Below are positions 15,973-23,204 of a stretch of 23,204 nt of DNA, one piece after another. The stretch lies in assembly GCA_913020725.1 (NCBI GenBank), contig CAJWCD010000046.1, positions 1-23,204 on the forward strand, written 5' to 3'. Below the pieces are notes generated by a model that searched no databases, was not told the origin of the DNA, and saw only the letters and a list, made by a program, of their open reading frames with translations. The DNA comes from an uncultured Pseudomonadota bacterium (GTDB taxonomy: Bacteria > SAR324 > NAC60-12). Each line of letters begins with the position of its first letter. Position 1 is the stretch's first letter. The position numbers and the translations under genes are program-made.

Positions 15973-16551
15973 ATGAAATATGGAATGGAAGTGATCACCC
16001 AAGGTCTGAATCAGGCACTGACAGTGCAGAAGGGCCTGTGGGCCCAAAGCTTTGGCCTCTATGAGCAATCCCTCAACCTGCGTGAGCAGAACTGTCAGCA
16101 ATTGCAAAGCCAGTGGCAGCAGTGGCAACAGCAGGCCGCGGAGCAAACCCAGCAACAGCAAAAACGGGTACACGAATCCACGGAAGGTGCCACAGAGGTG
16201 CTATGGTCCGGGCTTGGCACACAAGCCATCGAAGTCCGGAAGCTCGTGGAGCAGCAGTGGGAGCAGGCACAAGCGCAGGTGCCGATCTTGCAAGAGCAGG
16301 CGGTAGCCCAGATCAATCAGCAGATCGTGCGCACCTTTCACTACGAACGTCAAATGTTGGACGCCGTCCGCAACCAAGTGGTCGAACAGTTGGACCGTGT
16401 TCAGACAGAACTGGAGCCGACCCAGCAAGCAGCACCGCAACCGGTGGCTCCGGAAAGCGACGATGTTGCGCCTGCACCAAAAGCTTCACCTCTTCAGGCC
16501 ACAGGCCGGGCAGGGCTACAGAACCGCAAACCCAAAAACACAACGAAATAA
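15973..16551 (+). CDS. Gln-rich helical hypothetical protein (phasin-like composition)
   Basis: Strong RBS; 192 aa, Q/E-rich amphipathic helices with a P/A/K tail. Function not established. Confidence 0.7.
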   Translation: MKYGMEVITQGLNQALTVQKGLWAQSFGLYEQSLNLREQNCQQLQSQWQQWQQQAAEQTQQQQKRVHESTEGATEVLWSGLGTQAIEVRKLVEQQWEQAQAQVPILQEQAVAQINQQIVRTFHYERQMLDAVRNQVVEQLDRVQTELEPTQQAAPQPVAPESDDVAPAPKASPLQATGRAGLQNRKPKNTTK

Positions 16552-16564
16552 CCCAAGGGGTACC

Positions 16565-16786
16565 ATGAAAACATCCGTACAAATCACAAGAGCAGAACTC
16601 AACACTGCGATGGAACATTTCTTTGCCAGAGGCGGTTTCATTGAACGCATTGAAACCGAGGTCAACGGCCTGCGGGCGGAGAACTACGAGGAATGGCTGG
16701 GCGAGGACACAAGCAACAGTGCGCCGGAAGGCGCGGATCTAAACCGCTTCAGCATCATCCCTGACTTCAGCACCCCAGACTGCTGA
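16565..16786 (+). CDS. Small hypothetical protein
   Basis: AAGGGG RBS then ATG 16565; MKTSVQITRAELNTAMEHFFARGGFIERI..., 73 aa, followed by a terminator. Confidence 0.65.
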   Translation: MKTSVQITRAELNTAMEHFFARGGFIERIETEVNGLRAENYEEWLGEDTSNSAPEGADLNRFSIIPDFSTPDC

Positions 16787-16803
16787 GTTGCAACTGCCCA
16801 AGA

Positions 16804-16842
16804 AAGCGGCCGAAATCTTTGCGGGTTGCGGTCGTTTTTTTT
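16804..16842 (+). terminator. Probable intrinsic terminator
   Basis: aagcggccg...cggtcgttt stem followed by a T tract, between convergent genes. Confidence 0.55.
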
Positions 16843-16880
16843 CCCGTCCGGCACCCCCGTCCGGGCGGGTTCCTGTCCGC

Positions 16881-17153
16881 TCATCCTCCCAAGTACCTTG
16901 GGAAATTGGCGAACACTCCGCCCATGTAGGTGGTGGCCTGTGCAAGCATCCAAGGGAACAAAGCCGCCATCACTCCCATGATCGCTCCCATCTTGGGGAT
17001 AATTGCCAGCGTCTGCTCCTGAATCTGGGTCACAGCCTGAAAAATGGAGATCGCCAGACCAACAACCAACGCCGCCACCAGCATTGGCGCGGCCAACAGG
17101 GTTGTGACCCGCATCGCTTCCAGCATGATCGTCACCACCAACGCTTCAGTCAT
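16881..17153 (-). CDS. fliQ: Flagellar export protein FliQ
   Basis: APMLVAALVVGLAISIFQAVTQIQEQTL..IPK. Confidence 0.96.
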   Translation of the reverse strand: MTEALVVTIMLEAMRVTTLLAAPMLVAALVVGLAISIFQAVTQIQEQTLAIIPKMGAIMGVMAALFPWMLAQATTYMGGVFANFPRYLGG

Positions 17154-17296
17154 TGCACCCTCTTCAGATTAGAAATCCAGTTTGTCCGGCATTTGCAAAA
17201 TACCTTTGATCCCTGCCCACAATCCTTGCGCTCGATCAACTTTTGAATTCTGACACCTGAATTCTCCTTCTGCAAGCACCATTCTGTGACGTTCGG

Positions 17297-18088
17297 CTAA
17301 AAATTCACAAAACTTTTGACCATCGAACCGATGATCAGGTGCCACCCATCCACCAGCACAAAGAGCATGAGCTTGAAGGGCAGTGAGATCATGATCGGCG
17401 GCATCATCATCATGCCCATCGCCATCAGGATCGAGGCGACCACCATGTCAATCACCAGAAACGGCACATAGAGCAGAAAGCCGATCTGAAACGCCGTCTT
17501 GAGTTCACTGAGGACAAACGCAGGGATGATCACATGGATCGGGACATCCTCAAGGGTTCGGGGGCGCTTCAGCTTGGCGATCTGGATGAAGAGTGCAAGG
17601 TCTTTTTCACGGGTGTAGCGTTGCATAAAACGCTTGATCGGCAAGCTGGCGCGGTCCAGAAACTCCTTCTGCGGGATCTGTTCCTCAAGATATGGCTGAA
17701 GCGCATCGCGATTGACCTCCTCATAAACCGGCATCATCACGAAAAGCGTGAGGAAAAGTGCCATGCCGATGACGATCTGATTCGATGGCGTTTGCGGCGT
17801 TCCAATCGCCTGACGGAGCAGGGAGAGGACGATGACGAAGCGCGTGAACGAAGTGGTCATGATCACCAGCGCCGGAGCCAGTGTGAGAATGGTGAGCAGG
17901 AAAATGATCTGGAGCGTTGCCGCCACCTGCTCCGGAGTGTCCGCCTGATCGATGGCGATGCTGATTCCCGGAATCGGGGATTGGGCAAACAACAGGCTGG
18001 GCAGCAACAGTCCGAACAGGGCCAGTCCTCCCAAAAACCAATGGCGTTGGCTGGAAATACGGGAGCGGCGGGCAGTGATTCCGGACAT
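17297..18088 (-). CDS. fliP: Flagellar export protein FliP
   Basis: LTILTLAP...MTTSFTRFVIVLSLLRQAIGT.Q.P, IPAFVLSELKTAFQIGF, MGMMMMPP..ISLPFKLMLFVLVDGW. Confidence 0.97.
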   Translation of the reverse strand: MSGITARRSRISSQRHWFLGGLALFGLLLPSLLFAQSPIPGISIAIDQADTPEQVAATLQIIFLLTILTLAPALVIMTTSFTRFVIVLSLLRQAIGTPQTPSNQIVIGMALFLTLFVMMPVYEEVNRDALQPYLEEQIPQKEFLDRASLPIKRFMQRYTREKDLALFIQIAKLKRPRTLEDVPIHVIIPAFVLSELKTAFQIGFLLYVPFLVIDMVVASILMAMGMMMMPPIMISLPFKLMLFVLVDGWHLIIGSMVKSFVNF

Positions 18089-18112
18089 GAGGTGGCTCGA
18101 AAAGCTGGGGGC

Positions 18113-19333
18113 CTACTTGATCGGTTTGAGGGACTTAAGCCGCCGGGAGAGCTTTGAGGCAAACTCCTCCATCGCAGGGTTGTCCCGCAAATCCTGCTGC
18201 CACCCCTTGGCCCCTGCGTCCGCAGCCGGACGCAGCGTCGGCTTGTAGCCTTTTCGCCGTGCCGTGCGTTTTGAAGATTCCACAGGTTTTTCCACAACTG
18301 CGGCCGAGTCAGCTTCAGTTTCAGGAGCAAGAGCGACTTCCGAGCTGAGAGTGGCTTGCGGCTTAGGGGGAGACTGCTTCAGCATCTCCTGAGACTGAAG
18401 CCGTGCGGTGTCCAACGCCTTGAGGAAGTCCAGCCGGGAGCGATCGGTCTTGCTGGCATCGGCCCCAAGTTTCCCGGTCTCGGCAGTTTTGGCGGCCTGT
18501 CCGCTAGGAATCGCGGAGATGAGCGAGATCGCCGTGGGGGTGACACCACAGGCAAACTGCTGCCCGTTGATTTCGAGAACCACCACTTTTTGCCGGGGTG
18601 CAACATGAAAGGTGGACACGAGGCGGATCTGTACCTTGCCGCGAGAGGCTGGGAAACGCCCGGCGAGAAAACGGTTGTAGAACCACGCCAAGAGAAAAAT
18701 CAGCAGCAGGATGAACAACAACGCCAGCACCAACGAGAGCAGAGTGCGCACCCAGTCGTCATCGGCATAGACCGGGGTGGGGAACCCGTCGGTCAACGGC
18801 TCGGCTCCGGCAGCTTCCGTGCGGCTGAAAGTGCTAGTGAAGCGGTCGCCCTCCTGAAGCTTCTGCTCCGCCTGCTCCAGCAGTCGGCTCGATTCCACGA
18901 GCGGCAATTCGGTAGCGGCGGGGCGGTGGTTGAGGGAGAGAGAAATTTGGTCGGTGCTGTAAGTGATTTCCGGATTGCCACGCAAGCGGCGGTCTTGACG
19001 GAAGTGCAAGTCGACCCGCACATAATCTCCGGAATCCGCATGGGTGGCCCGGATGGTGCGAATCAACGGACTGCTCGCAGGGCTGATCAACGGGGGTACG
19101 GAGGGATCCAGCCGGGTGTGGGGGAGCCGTAAACTCATAGACCCGGAGTCGAAGTTGATGAGTGGATCCTCCCGGAAGGCCTTGGAGAACTTCAGCGCGA
19201 CCTGCTCCACTGAGCCGGAAGTGTGAACCTCAATACGCTGGAGCAGCAGGGGTTGTTCGGCATGGATGGAGGTCTGGCTCCAGAGCAAAAGGCTAGCCAG
19301 CAAAAGCAGAAGGGAAAGGGGCCGGCTGCTCAT
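18113..19333 (-). CDS. fliO: FliO/FliZ-family protein with N-terminal exported domain and C-terminal extension
   Basis: Lies between fliN and fliP; TM segment followed by IRLVSTFHVAPRQKVVVLEINGQQFACGVTPTAISLI. Confidence 0.8.
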   Translation of the reverse strand: MSSRPLSLLLLLASLLLWSQTSIHAEQPLLLQRIEVHTSGSVEQVALKFSKAFREDPLINFDSGSMSLRLPHTRLDPSVPPLISPASSPLIRTIRATHADSGDYVRVDLHFRQDRRLRGNPEITYSTDQISLSLNHRPAATELPLVESSRLLEQAEQKLQEGDRFTSTFSRTEAAGAEPLTDGFPTPVYADDDWVRTLLSLVLALLFILLLIFLLAWFYNRFLAGRFPASRGKVQIRLVSTFHVAPRQKVVVLEINGQQFACGVTPTAISLISAIPSGQAAKTAETGKLGADASKTDRSRLDFLKALDTARLQSQEMLKQSPPKPQATLSSEVALAPETEADSAAVVEKPVESSKRTARRKGYKPTLRPAADAGAKGWQQDLRDNPAMEEFASKLSRRLKSLKPIK

Positions 19334-19342
19334 CGGAGAGCC

Positions 19343-19816
19343 TCAAAGGGCTGCGAAGCGGTCGTCGGGACTGACGATGTCGGTGATGCGAACCGCAAAC
19401 TTGTCGTTGATCACCACGACTTCTCCCCGGGCGACAAGCTGGTTGTTGCCCCGGATGTCTAAGGGCTGGCCCACTATGCTTTCCAATTCGAGGACCGAAC
19501 CCTGATCGAGTTTCAGCAGGTCTTCGATGCGCATCTGCGAGCGTCCCACCTCGACGGCGATGTTGAGCTGGACATCCAGCAGGAAGTCCATTTCCAGAGC
19601 GCTCGGTGCCACCTTGGCGCCACCTTGGCTTCCGGAGTCGGAACCGCTTTCGGCATCCTCGTCCTCTCCAGCTTTGGCCAGCACTTCCTCGCGGTTCTCC
19701 TTCAGGTCGCTTTCAACATCGGACCAGTCGAGGTCGTCCAGATTCTCAACGGAATCGTCATCGGTCGCCGCGTCGTCTTCAACAGCGTCCTCAAGATTCT
19801 CCTCTTCCTCTGCCAT
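19343..19816 (-). CDS. fliN: Flagellar motor switch protein FliN
   Basis: LLDVQLNIAVEVGR..M.I.DLLKL.QGSVLELE...GQPLDI..NN.LVARGEVVVINDKFAVRITDI. Confidence 0.95.
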   Translation of the reverse strand: MAEEEENLEDAVEDDAATDDDSVENLDDLDWSDVESDLKENREEVLAKAGEDEDAESGSDSGSQGGAKVAPSALEMDFLLDVQLNIAVEVGRSQMRIEDLLKLDQGSVLELESIVGQPLDIRGNNQLVARGEVVVINDKFAVRITDIVSPDDRFAAL

Positions 19817-19860
19817 GTCGGTCTAGGGCTACAGGGTTGTCGACGGTCGGTCGTCTGGGT

Positions 19861-20325
19861 TCACTGCCGGTAAAACTCGGAGAACAGCACCTTGCGCACC
19901 GGCTTCGGCTCCTCCCAAGGCGATTCGTTAGGGAAGAGTGAATTGAGGCGCACCTGAAGATCCCGCTTGAACAACTTCCGGTTCTTGAGGTCATCAAACT
20001 GCTCTACCGTAACCGTCTTCAACTGCGCGATCACAAGATCCTTGACGATGGGTAGCCGCGCTTCCATCCATACCTTTGGAGCAGCATCCCCAAATGCAAG
20101 CTGGAGGGAACCCTTGAGGTAATACTTGTCTCCAGGCATGTTGACGATGAACGTGCCCAAGTCAATGTAGCTCGGCTTCTCCAGAGGCGGAGGTCCCTGC
20201 CTCACGACTTCCGGCTCCTCCTCTTCCTCCTCACACCCAGCGATCAGCACCGTCAGCGAGAGCAGCACAAGCAGCATCCGCCAAGTCAGCGTCCGTCTCC
20301 TAGGTTTTGGTGTCCTCCAAGGCAT
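19861..20325 (-). CDS. fliL: FliL-family paralog with predicted lipoprotein signal
   Basis: LGTFIVNM....YYLK..LQL...P.VKD...L...VRKVLFSEF; N-terminus ends in LIAGC. Confidence 0.8.
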   Translation of the reverse strand: MPWRTPKPRRRTLTWRMLLVLLSLTVLIAGCEEEEEEPEVVRQGPPPLEKPSYIDLGTFIVNMPGDKYYLKGSLQLAFGDAAPKVWMEARLPIVKDLVIAQLKTVTVEQFDDLKNRKLFKRDLQVRLNSLFPNESPWEEPKPVRKVLFSEFYRQ

Positions 20326-20365
20326 AACTCGCTCGTCCTTCCGCCTCTGGCCTCCAGTGCTCCGG

Positions 20366-20881
20366 TCACTGAATCACGAACTCTTCGAAGAGAACCTTCT
20401 TGATTGGCTCAGCATCCTCCCATTCCGGAGCTGAGGGGAAGAGCTGGCTGATGGCGCTGATGAGCCGTTGCTTCAGCACCTCACGCGCGTCCGCCTGTCC
20501 CACATCCTCTGCCGAAAGCGTCTGCAACTCGCTCAGGACGATGTCCTTGACCTCGACCAGCCTCAGGGTGAGGTAGGCGCTGGCCATAGGCTCGCTGAGC
20601 ATGAGTTGGATCTTCACCTTCAGGTAGCGGCGTCCGTCCTTGAGGTTCACCACATAACTCTCCAGTGGGAGAAAGATCGGGACAGCAAGAGGTTCGGCGG
20701 ATTCGGTGATCGGTTTCTCTTCCTCCACCACTTCCTCTTCCTCGCCTCCAGAGAGCAGCAGGAATGCCACCACTGCGATGACGAGGAGGAGTACGACCGC
20801 GACAATGATGATGATCAGCTTCTTCTTGCCTCCTCCACTATCTCCTCCTCCACTATCTCCGCCGCCTTCTTCCTCTGCCAT
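20366..20881 (-). CDS. fliL: Flagellar basal body-associated protein FliL
   Basis: GGKKKLIIII TM anchor; LESYVVNL..GRRYLKV.IQL...KD...IKKVLFEEFVIQ; AAGGAG RBS. Confidence 0.9.
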   Translation of the reverse strand: MAEEEGGGDSGGGDSGGGKKKLIIIIVAVVLLLVIAVVAFLLLSGGEEEEVVEEEKPITESAEPLAVPIFLPLESYVVNLKDGRRYLKVKIQLMLSEPMASAYLTLRLVEVKDIVLSELQTLSAEDVGQADAREVLKQRLISAISQLFPSAPEWEDAEPIKKVLFEEFVIQ

Positions 20882-21004
20882 CGTGTCTCCTTCGAGATTT
20901 GCACTTCCTTGCTCCGGTCCTTTGGGTTACCGACCAAGGAGATTTTAAAAGCAAAAGCTAACAGCAGCGTCTGCCAGAATCAAGTCCTGTTTCTCACAAC
21001 AAGG

Positions 21005-21736
21005 TCAACGAGCCGCAATCCAGAAGCGCGGCCCTCCTTCGTAGTAGAGATCCGGGTAGCGTTGCCGGGCCACTTCGAGCATGGCGAGAAACTTGGGAAC
21101 GTACTTGTAAGTTTCCTCACGCAGGTTAAGTTCCCAGTAGTTCCAAGTGCCCTGCTGCTTCATTTGGCGGGCAAGGTAAGTCGGCCCACCGTTGTAGCCC
21201 GCCAACGCCAGTTCCCAGTTGTAGTTGAACCGTTCGCCGAGCCACTTGAGGTAGCGTGCGGCGGAATGGGTCGATTTGCGCCAGTTGAGCCGATCGTCAA
21301 AGGATTTGCCCACACGTAGCCCGTACTCCCGCGCCGTGCCCTGCACAAACTGCCACATGCCTCGTGCGTGTCCGGAATCGGCCTTGGTGTCAAAGCACGA
21401 CTCCAGCAAGGGCAGGTACACCAATTCCGGGGGCAGCCGATGCTTGTAGAACACCCGGTGGATGTAGGGCACATAGCCGTTATCCTGTGCACGTTCCAAG
21501 CAAATCCGGACGTGGTGGTTCTGCGAGTAAACCCGGACGAACTTACGGATACGGGCATTCGATTGTGTCCAGACCTGCGGGCGGTTGTCATGGATACCGG
21601 TGGCCTTCGGTGTGGTCGGGCGCGATCGGCTACGGCAACCGGCCAGCACCAGCACCAGCACGACGAGCAGAATCACTCCCCGGAAGGTCCGGAATCGAAC
21701 AAATGCTGAGCGTCTGGACCTGTGAGCATCCTGCAT
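21005..21736 (-). CDS. Lytic transglycosylase (MltD-like SLT domain), lipoprotein
   Basis: Lipobox VLAGC; LP.ELVYLPLLES, ARGMWQF..GTA..YGL, DDR....KST..AARYL, LALAGYNGG, ETYKYVPK. No LysM domains. Start uncertain. Confidence 0.9.
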   Translation of the reverse strand: MQDAHRSRRSAFVRFRTFRGVILLVVLVLVLAGCRSRSRPTTPKATGIHDNRPQVWTQSNARIRKFVRVYSQNHHVRICLERAQDNGYVPYIHRVFYKHRLPPELVYLPLLESCFDTKADSGHARGMWQFVQGTAREYGLRVGKSFDDRLNWRKSTHSAARYLKWLGERFNYNWELALAGYNGGPTYLARQMKQQGTWNYWELNLREETYKYVPKFLAMLEVARQRYPDLYYEGGPRFWIAAR

Positions 21737-22602
21737 GAAAAGACTTCTGCATCAACTGTCTGGTGGAGTTGCGTCGCCGCGTCATCCCGTGTATCGACGT
21801 CCTCGAAAACCCCGAAAACCGCCGAGCCGCTTCCACTCACGGATGCACCAATTGCGCCAACCGAACGGAGTTTTGACTTCAGCACTTCCAGTTCTGGAAA
21901 CCGATTCCGCAAGGTTAGCTCAAAGCGGTTGCAGAGCATCGCCTCCAATGCTTGCGGGGAGTCCGGTGGATGCGGCGGGGACTCCTCCAGCGGCTGGCAG
22001 TTGTCGTAAGCCTCGGCGGTGGAACTGGAAAACGGAGGTTTGAGCACCACAAGCGGCAGACACGGGTAGTCCGGCAGAGGACACAACGCTTCCCCGCGTC
22101 CCGTGGCCTCGCAGGGCTGAGGATCGAGAAAAAACGGCACGTCCGCGCCCAACCCAACAGCAAGCATGTGGAGCATCGAAGCACTGAGTCGATTTCCGTG
22201 CAGATGGTTCAGCACCCGCAAAACCGCAGCGGCATCACTGCTCCCCCCGCCCAGCCCAGCCCCGTCCGGAATATGCTTCTCCAAGTGAAGCTTCAGATGC
22301 ACGGTTTGCTGAGTGGCCTGCTCAAACGCCCGCACCGCTCGTACCGCGAGGTTGTACTCCGGCTCCACCATGACCGGACGCCCTGTGCTTTGAAACCTCA
22401 CCCCTCCGGAAGTTTGCGGTGTAAAGCTCAACCGGTCATAAAGACTGATCGGAACCAGATGCAGAAATAGATCGTGAAAGCCGTCCGGACGCTTGCGCAG
22501 AATCTGGAGAACCGGGTTGATCTTTGCAGGAGACCAAATGTCCACTTGGCTTTCTGGAGAAAGAGGTTCCCGTTTGTCCCTGTAGCCAATCTCAGCCATC
22601 AT
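21673..22602 (-). CDS. ispE: 4-diphosphocytidyl-2-C-methyl-D-erythritol kinase
   Basis: SPAKIN..L.I..KRPDGFH, KHIP.GAGLGGGSSDAA, LGADVPFF, SGSGSAVFG. True start may be the GTG at 22545. Confidence 0.95.
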   Translation of the reverse strand: MMAEIGYRDKREPLSPESQVDIWSPAKINPVLQILRKRPDGFHDLFLHLVPISLYDRLSFTPQTSGGVRFQSTGRPVMVEPEYNLAVRAVRAFEQATQQTVHLKLHLEKHIPDGAGLGGGSSDAAAVLRVLNHLHGNRLSASMLHMLAVGLGADVPFFLDPQPCEATGRGEALCPLPDYPCLPLVVLKPPFSSSTAEAYDNCQPLEESPPHPPDSPQALEAMLCNRFELTLRNRFPELEVLKSKLRSVGAIGASVSGSGSAVFGVFEDVDTRDDAATQLHQTVDAEVFSCRMLTGPDAQHLFDSGPSGE

Positions 22603-22974
22603 AAGGGACTGCTAGTTTCTTCGCTAGAAGTAGATCACTCAGGTTTTGACCATCCACAATCACAGATGCAACAATCCTGAAGTACTTCTCCCGTTCAATA
22701 TCGTGGAGGGTGATTTCGTTTGCGCGGTTCAGTATCCCCTCGATCAAAGTTTTGGTCTCTTTTGCCTTCTGTTTTTCAAACGGATATTTTCCCGTATTTC
22801 CAGTGTGTCGATGCCCCGCACCCTGATTCCGATTTCATTTCCAAAAAGCGGATGCACTCCGGGAATGTTTACGGTCATGGTGTCCCCGTCATAGTTCCGG
22901 ACATATTCGACACCGGAGAAATTGGAGGTTGAAACAGGTGCTCTGATCAGTTTCTCTATCAACGGGATCTGCAC
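22592..22974 (-). pseudogene. Frameshifted thermonuclease (SNase-like) gene
   Basis: YVRNYDGDT..V...GIRVRGIDTLEIR, then a one-base shift near 22790 (cgggaaaatatccg) continues KYPFEKQKAKETK...EKYFRIVASVIVDGQNLSDLLLAKKLAVPYDG*. Confidence 0.8.
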
Positions 22975-23047
22975 CCACTGAATTCGACCTTTCCTCCTTT
23001 CATCGGGGGGTGCCGGGGACTGACGCCTCCTTAGCCCATGCAGGGGT

Positions 23048-23097
23048 CTTTTGAAAAGGAGAAAAGGAAAGAGGGTAAAGGGTTAGTTGTCCCGAGC
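23048..23097 (-). repeat. Copy 2 of the 50-bp FGE-end/IMH-like repeat, without its gene
   Basis: Reverse complement gctcgggacaactaaccctttaccctctttccttttctccttttcaaaag, which still reads ARDN*. Confidence 0.88.
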
Positions 23098-23156
23098 TGG
23101 ACAATAACCTCCCGGCCTATTTATTGTCGTTGATAGGGTTCGCCTAAAAAAATAAA

Positions 23157-23188
23157 AAAATCCCCGCTGCAAGCAGACGGGGTATTTT
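23157..23188. repeat. GC-rich palindrome (minus-strand terminator or IS200/IS605-like end hairpin)
   Basis: aaaat-ccccg-ctgc-aa-gcag-a-cgggg-tatttt, with an A tract on the left (a U tract on the minus strand). Confidence 0.5.
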
Positions 23189-23204
23189 GGACGCTTTTGA
23201 GAAA

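Noticed and set aside
1..23204. DGR reverse transcriptase, Avd or AAC-rich template repeat within the window
   Set aside because: No ORF with RT motifs and no AAC-rich copy of the VR seen on either strand; the 23048-23097 copy covers only the last four codons, so it is not a TR.
1..23204. Many long overlapping ORFs in the track (e.g. 9185-10042, 12994-13773, 13834-14637, 20468-21319)
   Set aside because: Antisense or alternate-frame shadows of well-supported genes in GC-rich DNA, with no recognisable motifs.

Overview
Bacterial chromosomal window, mostly GC-rich. Gene content and style suggest a marine deltaproteobacterium such as SAR324 (inference only). The left ~4 kb is a mosaic: 3' end of an iron-containing ADH gene, an integrase fragment, a DMT transporter, DUF1330, a secreted FGE-sulfatase/CLec-fold protein, several short gene remnants and a TA-flanked MITE-like element. 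Next come a caspase-FGE lipoprotein, a PilZ / membrane protein / GshB-like ATP-grasp / QEGLA-type peptidase cluster bracketed by 44-bp inverted repeats, a YHS protein and a DEAD-box helicase with a 162-bp tandem duplication. The right half carries a GATase, lptB, an FmdB zinc ribbon, ccmB, fliL-fliL-fliN-fliO-fliP-fliQ, a lytic transglycosylase, ispE and a frameshifted thermonuclease. Top leads: (1) the FGE gene's 3' end has the codon signature of a diversity-generating retroelement (DGR) variable region, and its last codons plus pyrimidine tract recur as a 46/50 copy ~19.7 kb away, although no RT or template repeat lies in the window; (2) an orphan, degenerate type I-E-like repeat/32-nt spacer/repeat unit directly behind a ~155-nt highly self-complementary element; (3) the ATP-grasp ligase plus HExxxH peptidase cassette. 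All family calls come from motif recognition by eye; no database searches were run.
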